From Marsupella aquatica (lineage: Eukaryota > Plantae > Marchantiophyta), in the NCBI GenBank assembly GCA_973895155.1, contig OZ316899.1:9050287-9114286 (forward strand): a stretch of 64,000 bases of DNA, in the 5' to 3' direction. Made by a program: the position numbers and the translations under genes. Shown here piece after piece: positions 57,801 through 64,000 of this stretch. The notes under the pieces are model-generated. The model was not told the origin of the DNA. It saw only the letters and a list, made by a program, of their open reading frames with translations, and did not search any database. Within the stretch, counting starts at the first letter, position 1; every line of letters begins with the position of its first letter.

Positions 57801-60800
57801 TTGTCATTTTCAGTGATACTGGGCATGCCATTCAATACTGAATGGAGGATGGAGACAAAGGTTCTCAACGACACCACCTTCATGGTGAAGGTTTGAAGCA
57901 AAGATGGGAAGGAGGTGGTTCAGTTTCTGGCTGTTCTACCTGAAAACGAGAGGAACAAGAAGGGTTGAGGACTAAGAGTGCCGACTCTGGTCCAGGTCCG
58001 GAAAACAACATGGCACTTTGCTGAAAAGAGTGGACCGGCAAAGTGCTCATTCCTTAGCTCCTCATGAGGGGGGAGACACGATGGATAATGGGGAGGATGA
58101 GCCACTTGAAGGTGTAGAGTCTAACTTGGGAAGGGACAAGCTGGAGGAAGAGTTGGAAAGGTAGTACTCGTCTATGACCGTGCTGGTATACTCGGATACC
58201 AAATACAAGACAGTCGACAAGAAAGTGAAGCTGGTAGCGATGCCTCTGCCGCATGATGCGATGGAGGTTATGGATCGAGCAAGATTGGAACCAAGGTTGA
58301 GGCCAATTGATCGGATTGGGCATAAGTTTACTCAAGAGAGTTTGTCTAGGCTTAAGATCGGTTTGGATGGGTTACTTGCTAAGGTGGAACAAGTAGCATT
58401 TTGAAACATGATAATGGAGCATGGCAAGGCATTCTCATTTTTGATTGACGAGATTGGTTGTGCGGATCCGAGTAAGGTGACACCGATGATCATCTTTACT
58501 GTCCCTCATGTTCCATGGGATCTGAAACCGATTCCATTCCGTGGGCTTTGGCTCCAAAGCTTGCAGAACTACTTAAGGAGAAGCTAAGTGCCGGGATTCT
58601 TGAGAGGTCCGATGCTCCCTACTCAAACAGGTGGTTTATAGTGAGGAAGAAAAATAGAAGCTTGAGGTTCATTCAGGACATGCAACCGCCCAATAAGGTG
58701 ACCATCAAGAATGTGGGAGTTGGGCCACTCGTGGATGAGTTTGCGGAGGAATTTTCTGGAAGGGCGATCTACTCTATGGGTGATCTGTTTTTGGGTTACG
58801 ACCAGTTCCAATTGGCACAAGAGAGCCAAGACATTACGACTATGAGAACCCCGTTGGGCCTCTTGAGGATGTGTGCACTCTTCCTCAAGGGACGACAAAC
58901 TTGATAGCACATATGCAAAACGGGATGAGTAAGATCTTGGAACCGTTCATTCCGAAAAAGGCAAGACCGTTCATTGATGATGTCCCAATTAAGGCTTGCT
59001 TGGCCAAAGGGAAGGATGAGACCTTGAGAAGCAATGAGATCCGACAGTTTGTGTGGGATCACATTACTGATGTTAAGACGGTTCTCAAGAAGTTGATCGA
59101 TGTGGGAGTCACTCTTTCGGAGGAGAAGTCTGAATTTGGGATGAAAGAGGTGAAAGTTGTTGGGCAGATGTGCGAATCTTATGGAAGGAAGCCGAACATG
59201 GACAAGGTGAGAGCTATTTATGAAATGAAGGATTGAAAATTGGTGCCGGAAGTTTGGAGGTTTCTAGGTGCTTGTATCTTCTACAAGATCTGGATCCCTC
59301 ACTTCTTGCACCTGGCAGACCCACTCTATGAGCTATTGAGGAAGAAGGTTAAGTGGCAATGGTTACCAGAGCATAGCAAAGCCATGGCCAAGCTTAAGAG
59401 CGCTCTCATGAGTCCGCCAATTCTCCGAGCTGCGGACTATGAGAGCAAGCGACCATTGATAATGACAATTGATGCGAGTCCATTTGCAGCCGGGTGGCCG
59501 AGCTGTTGGGCAAGATGACAAAAATGGTGAAAGGTATGCTATCAGATTTTGGGCAAAACAATTTACGAAAAGACAAAGGAGGTATGCTCAAGTGAAAAGG
59601 GAGCTTTGGGGTGCCAAAGTGGCACTCCACCAGGAGAGGAACTATTTGATTGGGGCACCAGTGGTGGTTGAGACTGATTGCCAATCGTTGCTAGGAATGA
59701 TAGTGAATCGTGACACACCTGACATAGCAATGCTTAGGTGGATTGCTTTCATTCAAATGTTCAACCCTGAGCTAAGTCACACTGCGGGAAAGGATAATCC
59801 GGTTGTTGACATGCTGTCAAGGGCAAGGTTTAGAAATGAGGTAGCAACGAGAGTTGACGAGGTGACCGGAACCAAAAGTGTTGGAAGTCTAGAGTTCAAG
59901 GAAGAACTTTACTCGGGAGAGTTGCTTGATATCGGGCGTTACATTAGCACTTTGGAGAAGCAACTAGAGTGGAGCTACCAGGAGTTTGTCAAGATCCAAA
60001 ACAGATCTTACAAGTTCCTATTGAGGGAGGGCTACTTGTGGCGAAGGCAGAAGGACCAAGTAGTACGCAAGCAAGAGGGTGAAGATCTTCAATAGGACTA
60101 AAAAGGGGATGGACTCAAGTTCCAACTTGAGTGAGTTTGAAGATGAGGCGTTCGTCCAGGCGCATCCAATGGACTTGAGTTTCAAAAGGGAAGAGACTGA
60201 TTTGGATGAGTTGGACTTTGAGTTTCTGGAAAGTGGAGTGCCAAAGGCTAAGTGTGAAGGCTTCAGTTTTGAGTTTCTTGAGGAGGAAGTGGTCTAGGTG
60301 CATGTTTCAATCTCAGATTTAGACTTAGAGGAAATCTGATGGATTGGAGCAGACCAGAGGCTGCTCAGGTTTATTGGGGGAGGATGTTGTGCCAAAACAT
60401 TTTGGCTTGAGAATGGCTTTTATAGAGGCTGATGGGTGAGGTGTCGCTGATCAGTTGCGGGTATGCTGACTCGGAAAGGCTGCTTGGTTGGTTGGTGATA
60501 AGGCTTGATGTTTGGGTGACTTGTTGTCACCAGGTTTGATGTTTGGGTGACTTGTTGTCACCGGGTTTGATGTTTGGGTGACTCATCATCACCAAGTTTG
60601 ATGTTTGGGTGAGCCTCGCTGGCGGCAATTGGCTCGGGCAGGAAGGTTGGTTTTAAAAGCTATTTAAGGCTTGAGTTGCGGCTCATTGGGGTTCCATTTT
60701 GTTGGTTCCGCATTGTTGTTTAGTGCTGTTGGATCTGTTGGGCTATCTATTGGTTTGGCTATGAGTTTGGCCGATTGATGTTGTTGTTCCGTTGTTCTGT

Positions 60801-61735
60801 CACTTGTTGCTCGTTGCAAGTGATGGTTCATTGAGGTTGATCAAGGAGGATTTCAAGTCTAAGAGGTGAATCCGTTTGGTTGGTGTGAGCTTTGAGCTTT
60901 GAGTCTTGGGCCTTTGAGCGTTGAGTCTCCTTGGTCCAGGCCCAAGTTGTCACACCATTCTAGGTAGTGTTGGAGTATCTCGTACTATCTAGATCCGTAT
61001 GTTTGATATGTGTGCTATATGAGCCGATAAGGTTCCATTAGGTTTGTGTGAGAGGGTACTTCTCTCTTGTGAGGCATTGAAAGGTCATCTTTCAATGTTG
61101 AGCCTTGGAGAGAGAGGAGCTTGAGTGTGGCTATGGTGCCTGTGAGCTCCGCTTGTGTAACGTGGATTCCTTGAGTAGTGCAAGGTGCGTTGGCTTGACA
61201 TACGTGTGTGATCGGATCAGTGCGGGATCGATAGGGTATTGTTGACCGGGATCGTTGTGCCGATTGTATTGAGATTATTGTGGGTTTTGGACATGTGTGG
61301 ACATGAGTTCCACTTGTATTTCATTCTCTTGTGTTTGTGATGTGGCAGTGTGACTATGTCTAGATGTATGTGACAAGCGATGTATGTTGTGTAGCGATGT
61401 GTATGCGCACGACAAAGTTCTTTGCAAGCTAGATTACGACTAGTTGAGTAGCTAGTCAGTTTTGGAGTTTTGTGAGCTAAGGAGGAGGGTTTCTCCATCA
61501 GTTTTGAGTAGACATCCACATGAGAAGTTTAACTTGACAAGTTAGAGGTAGCGGCCTGCCGTAGGGTCAGCTACCAGACTCTTGCAAGCAAGCTTACTTG
61601 AGGGCACCCATTGAGAGAAAAGTAAAAACAATAAAGGAGTGAGAGTTTGCTCCAAAAAGTGCTTGTTGCCTGTCCCAATCGCAGCCAGAAATGCAAAGTT
61701 TACCTGAGGAGCCCTAACTTCTAGTCCTTGCAACA
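54860..61735 (+). mobile_element. Element D: decayed Ty3/Gypsy element with a 4-bp TSD and no integrase
   Basis: LTRs 54860-55699 and 60385-61735 (TGTTG...CAACA); TSD ACGT (54856-54859 and 61736-61739); PBS TGGCGACCATACAGGGGA at 55701-55718; PPT tttattgggggagga at 60370-60384. Confidence 0.92.
55743..60297 (+). pseudogene. Element D gag-protease-RT-RNase H remnants
   Basis: CMWCNSKEHDKREC knuckle; ALIDTGSEINLM; YSNRWFIVRKKN...GDLFLGYDQ; FIDDVPI; TIDASP...YAQVKRELWG...VETDC. No integrase core before the PPT. Confidence 0.88.
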
Positions 61736-61739
61736 ACGT

Positions 61740-62990
61740 GCAAGAGTTGCTAGAGCCGTTAGTGTGCAAGTTCGCCAATGACACGAAAGGGATAGTGTCA
61801 AGAGTGGTACATAGACTTTGGGTAGAGGTCATAGGCAAACAACAAAATTTTGTTAGTCAAGAGATGTTCTACGTTCTAGACGGTCTAGTCGTAGACATCA
61901 TTTTGACGATAGGTTATCTCAAAAAGCACAATGTTACCTTGAAATCGGGGGATGAGGTGCTCAATTTTCCCAATAAGGGCGGTGAGCCCATTGTTGTACA
62001 CAAAATTACCAAAAATAAAGAAAGATTTCTCAAAGTAAGTAAAGTGTCGTGGTTGTCTCCGTGTGTATCGACAAAGCAATGGTGGAAAGACTTCAAGGGT
62101 GGACCCACTTAAGGAGGCTGCTTTGCAGTTGAAGGTTGAGTCAGCTAAGGTCAGGCCCGACTGCGGTCAAATTCCTGAAATTTTAGAGGAATTCAACAAT
62201 GTGCTCTCGCAAAAGCTACCTAAAGGTTTACCCCCACAGAGAGAAGTGGATCACCAAGTTGAGTTGGAGCCAAGTTTGGCTCCTCAGGCTAAAGCTCCTT
62301 ATCGTCTGAACCTGAATGAACGAATGATGTTGAAGAACGCCTTGGAAGAGTTGATCAACCAAGGGTTCATTTGTCCTTGTAAGAGTCCTTATGGGGCGCC
62401 CACTCTGTTTGTGTCCCAAAAGGATGGTACTTTGAGATTGTGCGCAGAATATCGGGCCCTCAATAAGCAAACAGTAAAAAACAAGTACCTGTTACCTCAT
62501 ATGGATGACCTCTTTGATTGCCTCTCCGAGGCTAAGAAGTTTTCAAAGGTGGACTTGCGGTCTGGGTATTACCAGATTCGCATGGCTAAGGGAGACGAGT
62601 ATAAGACCACAATGCGCACAAGGTTTTGATCCTATGAATTTTTGGTTATGCCGTTCGGGTTGTGTAATGCAACCGCAATGTTCATGAAGATGATGAATAC
62701 CATCTTTCATGACTTGTTGGACCAAGAAGTGGTCGTCTTTATTGACAACATCCTAATCTACTCAAAAATGTTGGAGGAACATGAGCAATTGCTCAGGGAA
62801 GTGTTCTCTTGCCTTCGTAAGGCTTGTCTCTTTGCTAAACCTAGCAAGTGCAAGTTTGTGATGAACGAGATTCAGTTCCTGGGCCATACCTTTACCCCGG
62901 AGGGGCCCTAAGGGGATTACGCCTAGTCAGGACAAGCATAAGGAGATCAAAGAATGGGAGCGCCCATCCAATGTAAGGCAGGTTAGAGTC
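61740..62990 (+). pseudogene. Family C protease C-terminus and reverse transcriptase, decayed
   Basis: [17 protein letters not shown]...[18 protein letters not shown]...[13 protein letters not shown]; VMPFGLCNA; KCKF...IQFLGH. Confidence 0.92.
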
Positions 62991-63013
62991 GTCAAAGAAT
63001 GGGAGTGCCCGTT

Positions 63014-64000
63014 AGTCACGGAACTCAATTACCTTAACACTTAGCTCCGACGGCGCTGACTTCGACGCCAAGCTCCCTTATGGTCCAGGCCCTGATAGGC
63101 CATCCGGGAAGGACGTAGCATGGGGAGACTTGTGGGCAATGAGACGTGGCACTAGCAAAGACAAGGAGCCAAGCTCGTGACACACACACTAAGGACTTAG
63201 GCAAGCTAAGAGCTGGTCGGGTCAAGGGGAAAGGGGCCGGATTCAAGGTTGACCATCCAAGCCCCCGAACGGACTTTGAATTATGAGGGCTTATGTGTGA
63301 GCTCCTCTTGGGCCCAAGGCCAATGGAGTTGACGCCATGGGCAACGAACGCTTGGGGCGTGAGTTATGGCCCAATCTGGGTTTGGCCAATCAGGGATCCC
63401 AAACAGCGATGAGACCTGAGGGCCTGGGCATGAGCACTAGGTCAGCCCAATCACAATGGGCTAAGGCACTCCGCTTGCGGACCTAATGAGAAAGTTATGG
63501 GTATTGCCAGTTGGTGGCGCGCCCAGTATGCGCGATAGGATCCGCGTTTGAGGCCAAATGTTTAGGGACCAAAGTTGGTCCGGGGGTGGCAGGTCTCCAG
63601 AAGCAAATATGAGGGGAGTGGTGTCGTCCCTGGGGGCCAAGGGCGAGCCAAAGTCGTGAGCCACGACGGTCGCGACACTAAGGGAAAGCGCCAAACGGAA
63701 ATGGCGATATCTTTCCAACGGGAAGTCCGTTGCAAGACTTCTTGGGTGCATTAAAAACCTCTCAAGGAGGGCTACGTCCTACTGAGATCAGATGGTTCTG
63801 GGAGCACCATGTATTCTTGAGGTTTGCGGGTGTTAGCTCACCCGCTTGCCAAATCCTGTCGAACAACAATCAAACCGCGTTCAGTCTCCCAAGGGAGCTT
63901 GCGTTGGGAAGGCAAGGCCAAGTTGGCATGGAGGTTGAGTTCCAAGGGTGCTTGGCCCCCGTTGAGTTCCAAGGGTGCTTGCTTGCTAGAGTCGGGGCCG
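63014..64000 (+). repeat. Family C LTR, third copy, running off the window
   Basis: Colinear with 15256-~16250; starts AGTCACGG; no PPT upstream. Confidence 0.88.

Larger units (their letters stand above)
52641..63013 (+). mobile_element. Family C Gypsy copy 2: truncated 5' LTR, tRNA-Met PBS, decayed gag, protease and RT; interrupted by element D and by another family C LTR
   Basis: LTR remnant 52641-52963; PBS TGGTATCAGAG at 52966-52976; gag with CFTCGIMRHQSKDC; protease ALVDTSAT continuing in frame across D (GVDV|QELLEPL); RT with [22 protein letters not shown] and FIDNILIYS. Confidence 0.85.

Overview
Eukaryotic, almost certainly plant, repeat-dense DNA; the element families suggest a non-seed land plant, which is an inference only. 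It is made almost entirely of nested transposable elements, and no ordinary host gene or RNA gene is recognisable. (1) The 3' end of a decayed chromovirus-type Ty3/Gypsy element (RNase H-integrase-chromodomain at 7-1724; PPT and LTR at 15241-16751) is split by a ~13-kb DNA transposon (~1782-14873). That transposon carries a decayed MULE-like DDE/SWIM transposase and a divergently oriented, intron-containing gene that fuses a ParB/Srx-like domain to a beta-class amino-methyltransferase-like domain. Nine copies of an 18-bp palindrome, GCTAGCGA-nn-TCGCTAGC, sit in its introns and intergenic spacers. (2) Two young, related non-chromovirus Gypsy elements have giant protein-coding LTRs. Element A (18168-48538, minus strand, TSD CCCCA, 4.6-kb LTRs) carries a PMD-like/coiled-coil frame in each LTR. 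Element B (29299-44181, plus strand, TSD ATAGG, 4.1-kb LTRs) is inserted in A's 5' LTR and has an intact 2132-aa Gag-Pol plus an identical 618-aa ORF in each LTR. Each of the two also has an exact internal copy of its own polypurine tract at its midpoint. (3) The right end holds a decayed Ulp1-like protease gene, a second chromovirus-family copy with AGT...ACT LTR ends, a nested integrase-less Gypsy element with a 4-bp TSD (54860-61735), and a further LTR running off the window. All domain calls come from reading motifs by eye, not from database searches.
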